Shown: positions 22,884 to 37,268, counted from the stretch's first letter. The stretch is 64,000 nt of DNA from Octopus sinensis (GCF_006345805.1 NC_042999.1:144708001-144772000), one strand, 5' to 3'. The notes: generated by a model from the sequence alone, not told the origin. Numbers and translations: made by a program.

Positions 22884-25800
22884 GTAATCAATCATGTAGC
22901 AATCTCCCTCAATAAATTACCAGTTTAAGATTAAGACTGTTTAAGTTCTGTTGTGTCTGGGGAGAGTCATTTTCTTTTTGTGCCATATGATTTAACACAC
23001 TCACCGGTAAAATTTCCACTTAATTCTTATTTTTATTTTCCTAATAGCTATTTGTATAGTGAAAGAATTGCAAACATAATTTATGATTTAACACTCACCG
23101 GTTAAATTTCCACTTAATTCTTATTATAAACTTTATAACAAGTCCATAAAGAATGACTTGTAATGAATAGAATGCTGTATTCAATTGAGAATTTTCCTAT
23201 AATCTATATGTCTAAACAGATCCTGAGGTCTGTATCACTAAGTTACTATTAAACATTTTGTTAGTGACTTTTATGTCATAAAACTGCTTATTTAGAGTAG
23301 GCCGGTGTTACTTAACAAGAAGAGCAATACATCTCGTTTGAATTGTCTGTGACAACAAAATAGCCTTTGACTCCATGAAGACCTTTGTTTTTTTATGGAT
23401 GTATCAAATCATTAATCTATTATTGTTGTGTAGCCTTGGTGAGTAGACGTCTATGATATAACCAATCAATAAGCATTTATTATATTACATAGTCATTCTA
23501 TTTTTATTGTGAGAATACACTGTTCTAAGACACATGTTGTCTTTATTTTAAAGATGGTAGAGATTTTTTTTGTGTGGATATAGAACAAGTTATATGCTTA
23601 TATAAAAGTTCTTGAAGTGAAAACTCCCTATTTCATTAAAAACTGTTCTATTTTTTCTATTATTTCAATGAAAATAACTCCCCTTTTCATAGAGATTTTG
23701 TAACCATGAATGCTTTAAAGATTTGTATGACAATTTCCAAATGTCAAAATAACAGTCCAACAGTTATAGTAACCAAGACAGAGAGTATTCTAGGCATTTT
23801 AAAGTTTTAATATTCTACTTAAAGAGGGTGACAAGTGCACCAGGAAAAATGCTTAGTGGCATTTGGTCCATCTTTTACGTTCTGAGTTCAAATTTTGCTG
23901 AGGTCAGCTTTGTCTTTCATCTTTTCAAGGTAGATAAAATAAGTACCAGCTGAACACTGGGTCAATGTAATGGACTTACCTCTTCCCCTGAACTTGCTGG
24001 CCTTGTGCCAAAATTTGAAACCAGTATTCTACTTAAAGAATCTTGTGCTATCATGCAACAAAAACTGTTTCATATCTGTTCTCTAGCAATAATTGTTCAG
24101 TACTCTCTTTTTATTTTATCATCACATCATTTTAACATCCACTCTTCTATGCTTGCACGAGTCAGATGGAATTCATTGTGGCAGATTTTCTATGGCTGGA
24201 TGTAAACATTTTCATGGAAGATTGGTAACAAATGATACAACTTACATCACAGTGACAATCATTTACAACAATCACAATGTCAAGACAAGGAGGCACACGT
24301 GAACACACACACAGGACTTCTTTCAGTTTCTGTCTACCAAATTCACTTGCAAGGCTTTGGTTAGTTCAGGGCTATAATAGGAGACATTTTCCCTGAGTAA
24401 CATTCAGTGGGACTGAACCTGAACCCATGTGGTTAGAAGGCAAACTTCTTAACTACACAACCATGCCTGTATCTAGCTGTATTTAATAGATTTGTTAACA
24501 ATAGGAGAATACTAATATTGCATCATCTGGGTGCATAAGGAACATAATAAATAATTCGCAATATCCTGCCACTTATGGCATTTAAACCTCAAGGGTATGC
24601 TCTGGCACTTGCCATCATCTATATCTCTCGCTTCCTTGACTCAACCATCCCATTTATTTTCTGATCTCTGTTCCTTGTGAGTATGCCTGGCATTTTGCCA
24701 CCATCTCTGTCCTGCTGTCTTCCACTCTCTCTCCTCCTACACTTCCCTTAGGTTGGGTAACTGTGTATTTCTTTTGTGGTAGCACACCTATTTCTGTCTT
24801 CATTCCTGATCTTTCTCTCTCCAGCCAGGTAACCTTGAACTTCCTCTACAGCAAGACACCTGTATTTGTCTCACTATAACCTTTTCATCATCTAACACAA
24901 GATGACCTCCAATGCCTCCACCCCTCTTGAAAGTTTTTTTCTTTTCTTTTTTTGTTTTTTGTCTTGCAAGTACTTGGTGATCCTGTCAGTGCAGGTGCCA
25001 CTTAAAGCACCCAGTCCACACTGTAAAGTGGTTGGTATTTGGAAGGGCATCCAGCCGTAAAAACCTTGCCAAAACTGACTTTGCCTGCATTTGTGCTTTG
25101 TAAAAAGCACTACTTACCTCACCTTCCCTGTACTTGTGCCACAAAAATAGCACTAAGTCCGCTTTGCTGAGTGGTTGGTGTTAGGAAGGGCATCCAGCTG
25201 TAAAAATCCTGCTAAAACAGTCACAGAAGTCTGGTGCAGGCTTCAGCCTGGCCAGCTCTTGTGAAACCATCCTACCCATGCTAGCATGGAAGGCAGATGT
25301 TAAACGATGATGATGATTTCCTTTATTTAAAGAATATTATACTATCATCAAAACCTTTGAAAGCAAACTAATGCCCCCAAAGTTGCTACAAATGCTCACA
25401 CTCATTGATGATCCCTCTTATCAATTTCACATACATAACATGGCAAAACTGTGTCCCAAATACTAGCCTTCCTCTTCAAGACCCGAAAATACTTTGGTTC
25501 CAACGGTTACAGACTCTCTACAAAGCTAAAGTGATACCCATATTAGAAAACTGTTCCTACATGCAGGATGTTGCTGTAGCTATGTGCATGAATATTTTCG
25601 ATCCCATTTGATGGATTGACTTAGAGTTACCAGTATACTTTAATCTCTAACCTGCAGCAGCCATGCTGTCTCATCTCACTGCTTTTTTTACCATTACTAT
25701 ATTGGCCTCTACTCCTCTGAGCGAGTTGGCTCTGTATTGCTTCCACCCAAGTCCACCTTTATCCAAACTATAGATAAAGCTGGTCTAACCATACCCTGAG

Positions 25801-28510
25801 ACCCCTTTTGAGATTATAGAAGTTCTTGCTCTTCATTTAATTTTTTCAGTATTTGCTTTTATTTTTTTTTTTTTCATTTTTTGTTGACACATTGCAGAGG
25901 ACACACCTGAATTTACTGCAAGGGAGTGAATTGTTGTTTTGTGGTCCATTTTAAATGAGACATTAGTCTCTTCTCAATCACTGTGCTCTTTCTTGGGAGT
26001 CATATTCGAGGCTTGCTCATTTTACCAAAGCAACAGTTGATTAAAGAAAGCAACATTTGTTTCTTCTTTTTGATCATCCAATGAGAGAGCCTTTATGTGG
26101 TTGCTTAACTTTCTTGGAATAGCAGCCAATTGAAACATACCATTTTAAAAAAAGAAAAGCACGTTGGATAATCTTGTCCTGTAATTTATTCAGACTTAAA
26201 ATAGACAAAAAGGAATACTACTTCATTGTTTTGAAAATCTCCATCGTCCTCCGTAGAAGCTGATAATAAAACAAATCAGTTTGCAAGCTTAACTATGTTG
26301 TGTGAATTACATTTTATCAAATGAATCTATCCTGATGCAAATAACCTGAGTGCATACACATGTATTTGTAAAGTATATGCAATTCATAAAGAGCCCCTCT
26401 AGTTAAGAAGCCTGATACAGGATTGGTATCAATATAGTTATTTTATGCTGTATTTGGTTAGCATTTCAAGAGAAGTTGTTTGGTATGAAAAACTATCTTT
26501 TGCCAAACTAATTTCTGTCTTGTAAATTTATATATGTTCTTTACAGACATTGTTAATGTAAATAGAAAGTTTGAGTGAATGAGCAACTTGCTGTTGTTAG
26601 CTATTTTGGTCCTCTCTGAAGCCATTCTAGGCAAGTTGAAGAAAAGTACTCAATGCTACAAACACTCTGCTTGCTGTGTAGTTCTTTACCAATTGCACTG
26701 ACATCACATGCTAAGAATGATATTGTTTTCTTTTATCATGGCATGTGCATGCGTGCACACGCATACACACACACACGCATTACGATTAACCTACAATCTT
26801 TCAAACAATGAACCAAATGTTTGCGATAAAGACAGGATGGCCATATTTGAAAATTTTGAGCAAATGCCTTGTTTGATCAACAGACATCTTAGGTGTGTTG
26901 TTGAAGTAGAACTGACTTCAGCTTCTCAACAACAATAACATAATGATAATTGTTGTTATTACTATTGTAAGAAATTATTGTATTTATTATTTATGTACAG
27001 TCTGTAAAGTTCTGTGTTCAAATACCAAAATATAGGCTTTCAAGGATTACTAAATACACATTTGTCTAGTATTAAGATTAATATAACTGTCTTCCCACCA
27101 ACAAAAACATGGCCTTATGTATATGTTATAAACAATTATTTTTATTATAACTTTAGACTCAAGCCAACAAAATTTGGAGATGGATTGTACTTGAATGGTA
27201 TTAATTTTATTTACTCTGGAAGAATTAGTGTCAAAGTTAAAATTTTGATCTTATCAAAATCTGAACCCATAACATGATAGGATATCACAAAGTATTTTGT
27301 TCAGCTCCTTACCAAGTTTGCCATGAACCCTGTTATATGATAAAATCTACAACAACAATTATATTCTAATTGTTATAATCACTGTAAAAGTTACTTGATT
27401 TGTGGTATACTTTAGAAAGCACTGTTAGTCATTTTTTTTTAGTTTGTTATTGCCCTAAAATTTCAACTTTACTTAACTAACCTTGTTTATGAGTACTTTG
27501 GAACTATTTCATTATGTTTCTCACATATATATGTATGTATATATATATATGCATGTTTGTATTGTGTGTGTGTGTGTGTGTGAAGGTATGTGACCTAGTG
27601 GTTAGAGTGTAGGTCTCACAATTGTAAAGTCATTGGTTCAATTCCTGGACTGAAATAAACACCAACTGCATTTTGGTGCAGCCCTCACTCCCACTGCCTG
27701 TCATGTCCTGGATGTTTTGCTAGGTCAAGAGATTAGAGGTCTGAAGATGTCATGACTTCAGAGAGACTTAAAACAATTAGTGAAAACATGGTACATGTCA
27801 CCAAACCATCCCCATTTGTTAAGGCATGGCTCTGTGGTTAAGAGGTTTCCTTCCCATTTCAGGTTCAGTCCTACTGTGTAGGCTTTGGGCAAATGGTTTC
27901 TGGTATAGCTCTGGGATAACCAAAACCTTGTGAGTGGATTTGATAGACAGAAACTGAAAGAAGTTCATTGTATGTATGTATATGTGCATATTATTATAGC
28001 TTATGTCTGTTTTCTATGCGGGCATGGGTTGGACAGTTTGATCAGAGCTAGCAAGCTGGAGAGCTGTACCAAACCAAGTTCTACTATGATTTGGCTTGGT
28101 TTCTACTGCTGGATATTTTGCAGAGTGTGCTAGGTGCTTTCTACATGGCACAAGCACAAATGCACTTTACATGGCTTTTTACACACACACCGTCATAAAC
28201 ATTTAATGTCGACATGGGTTGAATGGTTTGACAGGAATTGGCAAGGCCAGAGGTCACATCAGGTTCCATAGTCTGTTTTGGCTTGTCTTCTATGGTTTGA
28301 TGCCCTTCATAATACTAACCACTCTACAGTAAGTACTGGCTGCTTTTTACATGGCACCATCACTAGTGCTTTTTAAAGTGGAATCTGCACCAGTGCTTTT
28401 TATGTACCACCAAGACCCACACTAATACTTTTTATGTGGCACCTTAGTTTTAGGATCTCAATTCTGTTTTGATGGTAGGTGGCTTTTCTTGAGTATAGCA
28501 ACATGTTGCA

Positions 28511-29685
28511 TGGTGGATAGAAAAAGTTCAAATCAGGCAGACTACAATTAACACATACAGGTTTAGTTACGATAAAATAAGGATTGTCCAAACTGAAACA
28601 TATATTGATATATTAGAGATGTAAAAATACATGAATACTAAAAATATACATGAACATATAGCTATATAGATATATAAACATACTAATAATAGAATATAAA
28701 TAAAAATAATAGTGGAATATAGGTAACAAACGTTTTTAAAAAATTTTTTAATATGGTGTAGTAATAGGCATTAAAAATGTTTCTAAAATATAAAAAAATG
28801 GATATATGTTAGAAAAAATAGTGTTCTGACAATCGTTTCTGGAGCTCATTCATCCAAATTACAGATGAATTTTAAGATTCATTTCCAGAGAATGTCCCTT
28901 CATCAGAGAAAAAGAAAAATGATGTTTACGCTAGATATGCATTCAGTTCTTTACGAAGGTATGAGAAAATTGGGTGCTTTTATAGAAGAGTGGATATAGA
29001 TATGTAAATTATAGAAGTTTTTTCGAGGGCTAATTGGAATAAAATTAGATTGCTTACTTTCTTTCTTAAAATTTTGGCAATATATTGTTGTGCAACAGAA
29101 ATTAATACTAAGTGGGTTCAAATTTAAATCGTCTCATGAAAGTTGCGTAGTATCCTGTGGTTGCACAAATGAATAGCGTCAGAAAATTTATTTAAAACAG
29201 TGGAATTAAATATGTGAAGGATAATGTATGATTCTTTTATACACATTCGACATCTGCCAGTAATCGTATAGTATGGTGGGGCCTCATCTTTTATTGACCA
29301 AGATAATGTATAATTAATGTTCTGTAATTTTAAGTTGTGTATATATCTAGCTAGTGCTGTTGAATTTATGTTTTAACTTACCAAAAGAATTTACATGTGT
29401 TTTATTTTCTTGAAGTCTTTAGTGCTTCCTATTTATACTATACCATATTTTGAATTTTTAAAAAAATGTTTATCTATATTCCACTATTATTATTATCTAT
29501 ATTCTATTATCAGTATGTTTAAATATGTACATACCTATATGTCCATGTATATTTTTAGTATTCATATATTTTTATATTTCTATGTATTTCTATATCTCTA
29601 ATATATCAGTATATGTTTCAGTTTGGACAATCCTTATTTTATCTTGTAGTCTGCCTGATTTTAACTTTTTCCATTCTATCCACTA
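28511..29685 (-). mobile_element. Penelope-like element relic with inverted terminal arms
   Basis: 29124-29366 (-) translates, with a frameshift and stops, to NSTALARYIHNLKLQNINYTLSWSIK..APPYYTITGRCRMCIKESYII..LNKFS..CNHR, the C-terminal part of a PLE GIY-YIG endonuclease. It is flanked by inverted arms of about 270 bp. Confidence 0.75.
28870..28912 (-). ncRNA. Decayed hammerhead-like motif in a Penelope-like relic
   Basis: The - strand reads CTGATGA-AGGGA(CAT)TCTCT-G-GAAA-TGAA-TC, downstream of a GIY-YIG-type fragment on the same strand. Confidence 0.45.
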
Positions 29686-29689
29686 TACT

Positions 29690-29750
<61 letters not shown>

Positions 29751-30229
29751 TATATATACATTATAATAATGATAAATGCCAAAACGAATTTGTGTGTCAG
29801 TGTGTCACACTTTGGACCCCCCCCCCCCCCGGCTCTCTCACTATTCAATGACACTTCTACTCGTCTTGGTGGAGTGAGAGTAATAGTCAGATATCCACTG
29901 AAGTCGACTTTGACTTTCATCCTTTCAGAGATGGTGAGGGCGGTAGTAGATTGACAGTTGAGATGGTAATGGGGTGATAGTAACAGTGTGAGCTGTAGCT
30001 GTGATAGAGGCGGTATCCTCTGTCATACCTGCAATTTCACCTCCCTCCTCTCCCTATCTCTCTGCCAGGACAAATGCAACTAGCTTAGCTGCCCACCTAC
30101 TTACTCTAACATTAGCATATTAATATTCATATTTACTTTTATCAGCTTTTATTTATTTATTTACTTATATCTGCAGCACCAGTAATGCTTAAATTTACGA
30201 TGTCGATAGTGCTTATACTTACAGTGTGG

Positions 30230-33135
30230 CTAACACCTACTCCTACCCCTGGTAGAGGCAACAATCTTAACACACTTGAATGATGACAGGTCAAAAGTGA
30301 GAACAGGTGTAGCATGTCTATTGAACAAACACAAAAACGTCCTTCTTTTCAGACACTGAATAACATCTCCCCTTCCTATGCCTTCTCCCACATTCCTTTC
30401 CCAGTTTTTAGAGTTGGCACTGTCAATGTAGACACATTAAAAAGTAGGTCTAGTGAGATTGTAGATATGCTTGAATGGAGACGTGTTGATGCATGCTGCA
30501 TACAAGAGTTAAGGTGGAGAGGAGCTTCAGCCAGGGTCCTCATAGGTATAAAATCTTCTGGGAAGGTAACAGTGATGGAGTAGGGGGTGTAGGCATACTC
30601 TTTGCAGAGAAATTGGTGGATAAGGTCATAGAGGTAGTCAGAGTATGCAGTAGAATGCTTGAGCTCAGGCTAGTCCTGCAGAATAGTATAGCTACAATTA
30701 TCTCTGCCTATGCTCTGCAAGTGGGCTTACTAAATACTCAGAAGGACCACTTTTATGATAACCTTTTACAGGCTACCTCAAAGATGAGTGGCAATGACCT
30801 CATCTTTGCAGCTGGAGATTTTAATGTGCATGTCAGACGGCAATTTGGTAGCTTCCATGGTGTTCATGGGGGCCATGGAATTGATTCCCGAAACGAAGAG
30901 GGAACTAGGCTACTGGTGTTCTGTGATGCAAGCAATGCTAGCTAGATTGATTTCATCCTCACCAGATAGCAGGATGCAAGGTTGCTCTTAAATACAAAGT
31001 CCCTCCCTAGTGAAGAATGTACCTCCCAGCATAGACCAGTCACTAGTGACTTTAGACTTCAGGCCAGAAGGATACCAAAAAGCAGACCAATCCAGAAAAG
31101 GATTTGGACAGAGATTTAGGGACATCCCCATTGAGAAATTTGATGAGAGGGAGGAACTACAGAGTTGGGACATAGAGGGTCACTGGAAATTCCTACGGGA
31201 CAGCTTACTGAGCACCACAGACCAAATCTGCAGCTGGTGCAAAGTCCCATCCAGACCTGAGGTACTGTGGTGGTGGAATAATATGGTAGACAAGGCCATT
31301 AGAGCAAGGAAATAGGATTGGAAAACCTGGAAGAGTGGGTGTAGCAGGGAACTGTACCAGATAGCCAGAAGGGAGGCTGGGCAACAGGCATACATAGCCA
31401 AGTAAGAAGCAGAAAAGAAGTATTTCGAATTGCGAGACTGTGTGTGAAAGAAAATTGTAATGTTACAGGACAGAAATGTGACCACATCGATGATAGTGCA
31501 CTTGCTTTTAATGATTCTGCAAAGAAAGAGGCTTGGAGAAGCCATTATGAAAGGCTGCTGAATGTGAAGAATGAATGAAAGGAGGAGTGCCTGCCAAATA
31601 TTGACCCACTCGAGGGACCAGCTACCCGAATTGATACCACCCTGGTAGATAAAGCAATTAAGGATATGAAGCCAGGGAAAGCCCCCAGCTCATCAGAAAT
31701 TACTGCTGAGATGCTTAAAATATCTGGTGGTGTGGGTTATGGTCTAGTCACCTGTATTGTAAACCAGGTAGTTCACGAAGTAATCATACCCAATGACTGG
31801 CATAGCACCACCATAATGAACTGCTACAAAGGTAAAAGGGATGCTTTAGATAGAAATAACTACAGGGGTATCAAACTGCTGGATCAGATGATGAAGATCA
31901 CAGAGAGGGTCATAGCCTAACTAATTAGAGAGTCTGCTTAGATGAGATGCAGTTTGGTTTTGTGCCAGGTAGAAGCACCACTGATGCTACATTCCTAGTA
32001 AGGTAACTGCAGGAGAAATACCTAGCCAAAGATAAACCCCTATACTTGGCTTTTGTTGACTTGGAGAAAGCCTTTGACAGGGTCCCCTGTTCCTTTACCT
32101 GGTGGGTGATATGGAAACTAGGGATAGACGAGGGGTTAATAAGAGTTGTACAGGGATGCTGTCAGTAAGAGAAAGGTCGGCAATGAGTATAGTGAAGAAT
32201 TCTGGGAAGAAGTCAGGGTTCACCAAGGATCAGCCCTCAGCCTCCTCTTATTCATCATTGTTCTCCAGACAATAACAGAGGAATTCAAGACAGGTTGCCC
32301 CTGGGAGCTCATCTATACTGATGACCTTGCTCTCATAGCAAAATCACTACCAGAACTAGAGAAGAAATTTCAAGTGTGGAAGCAAGGTTTAGAATTGAAG
32401 GGCCTTAGAGTCAATGTTGCAAAAACCAAAGTCCTACTAAGTAGGAAGGTGAACAAATCACAAATCCCTTTAGGTAGATGGCCCTGCTTGATCTGTAGAA
32501 AATGTGTAGGTAGAAGTTCCATAAGATGTACCCAGTGTAAGTTATGGATTTGTAAGAGATGCAGCAACATCAAAGGAAGGTTAACCAGGTTGATAGCTTT
32601 TGTGTGCTGCAGATTCACAGGGGTAATAAACACTGCAGATGCTCAAAAAACAGATTCCATCACATGCCAGGTGGAGAAACTAGAAGTAGTTGATAGTTTC
32701 CGCTACCTGGGTGACCAAGTCTGTTGTGGGGGTGGATTCTCTGAGAGCTTTGCCACTAGAATAAGAATAGCTTGAGCAAAGTTCAGAAAGCTCCTACCTC
32801 TACTGGTGACAAAGGGCCTCTCGCTCAGAGTGAAAGCTTGACTGTATGATGCTTGTGTATGAACTGCCATCCTGCACGATAGTGAAATATGGGCCATGAC
32901 TGCTGAAGACATGCATATGCTTGAAAGAAATGAAGCTAGTATGATTCACTGGATGTGTAATGTCAGTGTGCACACAACAGAGTGTAAGCACCCTGAGAGT
33001 AATGTTGGACATAAGAAGCATCAGATGTGGTGTGCAAGAGAGGTGACTTCGCTGGTATGGTCATGTGCTGTGTATGGATGAGAAGAGCTGTGTGAAGTAG
33101 TGTCATTCCCTAACAGTGGAAGAGGTAGACCCCAG
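30230..33135 (+). mobile_element. Near full-length degenerate RTE-clade LINE
   Basis: APE endonuclease (VGTVNVDTL, CCIQELRW, AGDFN), RT (FVDLEKAFD, VHQGSALS, LIYTDDL), a Cys-rich segment and a C-terminus, all broken by stops and frameshifts. Confidence 0.9.
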
Positions 33136-33149
33136 GAAATTGTGCTTAA

Positions 33150-34170
33150 TATGATAATAATAGGAATGGTTATAATTTAAATGCAATTTACATAGGGTTG
33201 ACTACTAATAAAATTAAATTACGAGTGGCTCAACACATGAATTCTTTTAAGAATAGAAATTTAGTTAATTCTACTGGCCTTAGTAAATATATATGGGGAC
33301 TAGAATCTAAAAATATTAAGTACAATTTAAATTGGGAGATAGTTTGTAAGGCAAAATCATATCGAATAGGTAATGATTTTTGTTTATTATGTACTAACAA
33401 ATTTAAGGAGATATTATTAACTAATAATAAAAATTTGGTTAATTCCTTTGACGAACGAAAAATTAAATTACTTACATAATAAGTTTAGCTAATTTGTGTA
33501 TATATATAAACCCTGTTTTATTTTAATAATTGTAGTAGTAAAATGTGTATAAATCAGCATGAGATTATATAGTCTATATTACATAATTAGAATGAGTTGA
33601 AAAATTAGAAGTTTATAAAATAATTAAAATAAATGAAAATAGATTAAAGAATTTTAGCTTAATTTATGTTTATTATAGTATGTATTTCAGTATTTAGTAT
33701 TTAAATTATTTAGACTTTACAATTTGTCCAGTATATTAATTTTTTTTCCTTATTCTTACAGCTAAAATACATTTGTAATTTTAATAGCTTAAATATATAT
33801 TTCTATCTATTTCTTCTATAAATTCTATTTACGCCATATTTTTACACGATATATTTCTTATAAACGCTAAGTTTGATGTTTTACATTTAAATTGTTAGTT
33901 AATGAAAATCCTTTGACAAGATAAGTTATATTTTTATTTTAAGAAATATTGTTAAACGCTTTTTGATAATTTATAGTTAATACACGTATTTTTTAATATA
34001 TTTATGTGATAATTAGTATAAGTTAAAATAAGTACATTATTATTATTTATTATTATTATTATTTATTTATTTTTTATTATTTATTAACTTAGACCTGATA
34101 AGTGACTATATTTTTGAATAGAATTAATTTTAGTTCGATTTAATTTTGAATCGAATTGATATTATTATCT
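33150..34170 (+). mobile_element. Penelope-like element 3' fragment (GIY-YIG endonuclease plus AT-rich tail)
   Basis: YIG at 33189, then LTTNKIKLRVAQHMNSF..STGLSKYIWGL..NWEIVCKAKSY..CLLC (ORF 33198-33479), followed by a very AT-rich tail. Confidence 0.8.
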
Positions 34171-34189
34171 ATTTGAAAACAAAACTGGC

Positions 34190-35470
34190 CTGAATGTCTA
34201 TCCTCGCCAAACAATTCATGTCTGTAATGCAAGCCATATGCTACAAATGTGTCCCAGAGAGAAAGGCCACTGTACACAAGAGCAAAATCCCCAGAGAGAG
34301 GAAAATTCTAATGAGACGGCGTACAAAAGTTTCAAATCGCCTAAACAAACAAATTGAAAGCAGTGTAAAGTCCCACCTGAAAATAAAACTGTTGGAAATT
34401 GAAAAATGTCTGCAACTCTCCCATGAAAAAGAGAGAGCAGACAAAGAAGCCTGAGCTATAGACAACATAAAATCTAACTCCAGAGCTTTCTACAGGTATG
34501 CCAAAGAAACAGCTACGGTGCACTGTAGGATAGGGCCACTCCTTGAAAAGGATGGCACACTCACAGGAAATCCAATGAGGGTAAATGAAATACTAAATGA
34601 GCAATTCAAGAGTATTTTCACTCCACCCCTATACCACTGCAGATATAAAATCAGAGGCAGCGATGATTGATTACATCAATATAAGGGAAGACAATGTAAT
34701 AAAGGCTATTGATGAAATGAAAACAAACTCAGCTACTGGCCCCAATGGATTCCCAGCAATCATTCTAAAAGTATGTAAGAGAGTCCTAGCAAGACCACTG
34801 CAGTTCCTCTTTCAGAGCTTCCTTGCAACTGGTAAACTCCCAAGAAAACTGAACGAAGGTAAAATATGCCCTATTCATAAAGGAGGTAGCAGAGCGGAGG
34901 CCAAGAACTACAGACCTATCTCTCTGACCTCACACATCAGCAAGGTCATGGAACGAATAGTCAGAAGGAAACTAATCACCTTCCTTGAAGAAAATGACTT
35001 GCTGTCTGACACCCAACTTGGTTTCCGACCAGGAAGAAGCTGCTTAACTCAGCTCCTACAACACTATGACTGGGTGCTGAAATGACTGCTCAACCACTCA
35101 AATGTGGAAGTCATATATCTCGACTTTGCAAAGGCCTTTGATAAAGTCGACCATGGAATGATATGTCACAAACTGCGTGATCTTGGCATAGTTGGAAAAT
35201 TGGGAGAATGGCTTCATGACTTTTTGAAGGATAGAAGTCAGGTGGTAGTAGCCAATGGGGCCACTTCCATTAACACGCAAATAGTGAGCAGTGTTCTGCA
35301 AGGCACTGTTTTGGGACCACTACTGTTCATAATGGCCCTCTCAGACATGCCCTCAGCCACGCAGAGAGCCACGATCACAAGTTATGCATATGATACAAAA
35401 GTTTCACAGGCAGTACAGAACCCTGAAGACACTAAGCACCTGCAATGTGAGCTGGACAAAATATACAATG
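34190..35470 (+). mobile_element. CR1/L2-group LINE ORF2 fragment (RT)
   Basis: NYRPISLTSHISKVMERI, GFRPGRSCLTQLL, VIYLDFAKAFDKVDH, QGTVLGPLLF and YAYDTK, with in-frame stops. The 3' end is replaced by a SINE tail. Confidence 0.85.
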
Positions 35471-37268
35471 CTAGCATGGGTTGGACAATTTTGACTGAGG
35501 GCTGGCAAACCAGATGGCTGCACCCGGCTCCAATCTTCATTTGGCAGAGTTTCTACAGCTGGGTGCCCTTCCTAACGCCAAAATTATAATAATAATATAG
35601 CTGAAGTGAGGTCAGTCACATTTTCTTTCTCTTCTGGTCGCGAGAGTAAGATCTGCTTGGGTAGTCTAGGAAATGATATTCAGGCAACATGCTCCTTTTA
35701 GAGTTTCTTTTAACCGAGTGAGCTCTTCCACACTTGACAATCTTGCTAGTTTTATTATCTCGCTGTTGCGGACCATATGTCCCTGCTGCAGTTTTTTTGT
35801 AACTAATGCAGGTGTCTTGTTACAAAGTTTCTTCACCTGAATTCATTACAGTCTCTAGGTTTCAGCATCATGCAAAAGAATTAATAGGGTGACTAATATA
35901 AAGTCTTGTACATTTTTCAAATGAGTGCTGCCATCTTTGACATTTTCTTCATGTGTTTTAGAACTTAGCTGTAATGGCATTTTTGTCATTTGATAATATA
36001 TTGAAACCAAATGTATTAGATGCAGTTGAGTATTTCCGTGATCCTCTGTTTGTACTGTGACATACGAGTGACTAATATACTTTCATCTGTATTTAGTATT
36101 TATAGTTGTTCTCTTACTAAAATATGACTATTTCTTGTTTTTATTCTTAAATAGATGACTTAGTATAAGACTATCTTATTCAATGTATCCTTACTTTTTT
36201 AAGACAAGAGGGCAGAGATTTTTAGTTATTTTGATTTGGTTGTGCACTGGAGATCAATTAATAAAATTCCTGGCCCACTGTGCATAGAAATTTTAAAAAA
36301 TACTGCTTTAAAGTTAAAATTCAGAAAAATATAGAAGTTTCCTTATCTTGTTTTACAGATCATACTTGTGTATAACAGTTATGAATAATGTTTTTCAAAA
36401 TCTTCAAGTATTAAATATAGATTTTATAATGTCTCAAATTCAGTCTTTGTTTTAATGTGTACATTTACATGCTTAAGGTACATTTTCTATGGTTGGATGC
36501 TCTTCCTGCTGCCAACCCTTACTTGTCTCAGAAATATTTTCCTGTGCTCAGACTTATTTTCATGGAATACTTGTTTACAAGTATCACCCACTATCTAGAT
36601 GAAGAAGCACAAGCATACATATACATACTGTTGTTGAGTTTGATGTGAGGGAGATGTCTCCTTTTCTAGGAAATTGAGTGGTCACATATAGGCTTCCTTA
36701 TTGGATAATTATAGTCAATGAGTAATTGGAATTGGAAACAACTTATTTTCAATACACCAAAATTTATTCAACTCCCAGTTTGATTGCTATTGAGATGAAT
36801 GACATCCTCCTCCTCCTCCTCCTCCTACTACTACTACTACTACTGTTGCTGCTGCTGCTCCACTACCTCCACACAGCCATACCTGCATCTGCTCATATGT
36901 GTGTGTAAAGACACATGGCTTGGTGGTTAGGTTGTTGCACTCACAATTGCTAGATTTTAGGTTTGATTCTCAGATTAGGTGGTACATTGTGTTCTGGGGG
37001 AAAGCACTTTATTTCATGTTATTCCATTCCATTCAGCTGTAAATGGGTAACCCCCACGGCAGAATAGCCTTCTGGTCAGGAGGAATGTTGGCTTGCATGC
37101 CTAGCCAGTGTGATGGCATCAATTGAAAGCTAAAATGATGCAAATCGCATTGTGACCAATGATGTATAACATATGATAGTCTGGTTGATCATGTGTAATT
37201 GTGGAGGGAACCTGTGGAAAGGGTAGACCCAGGAAGATGTGGAAGGAAGTGGGGAAAAAGGATCTTCA

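Noticed and set aside
34090-34160. Possible hammerhead at the end of the 33-kb PLE relic (CTGATAAGTGAC..)
   Set aside because: G8 is missing and there is no foldable stem II or GAAA at the proper distance.
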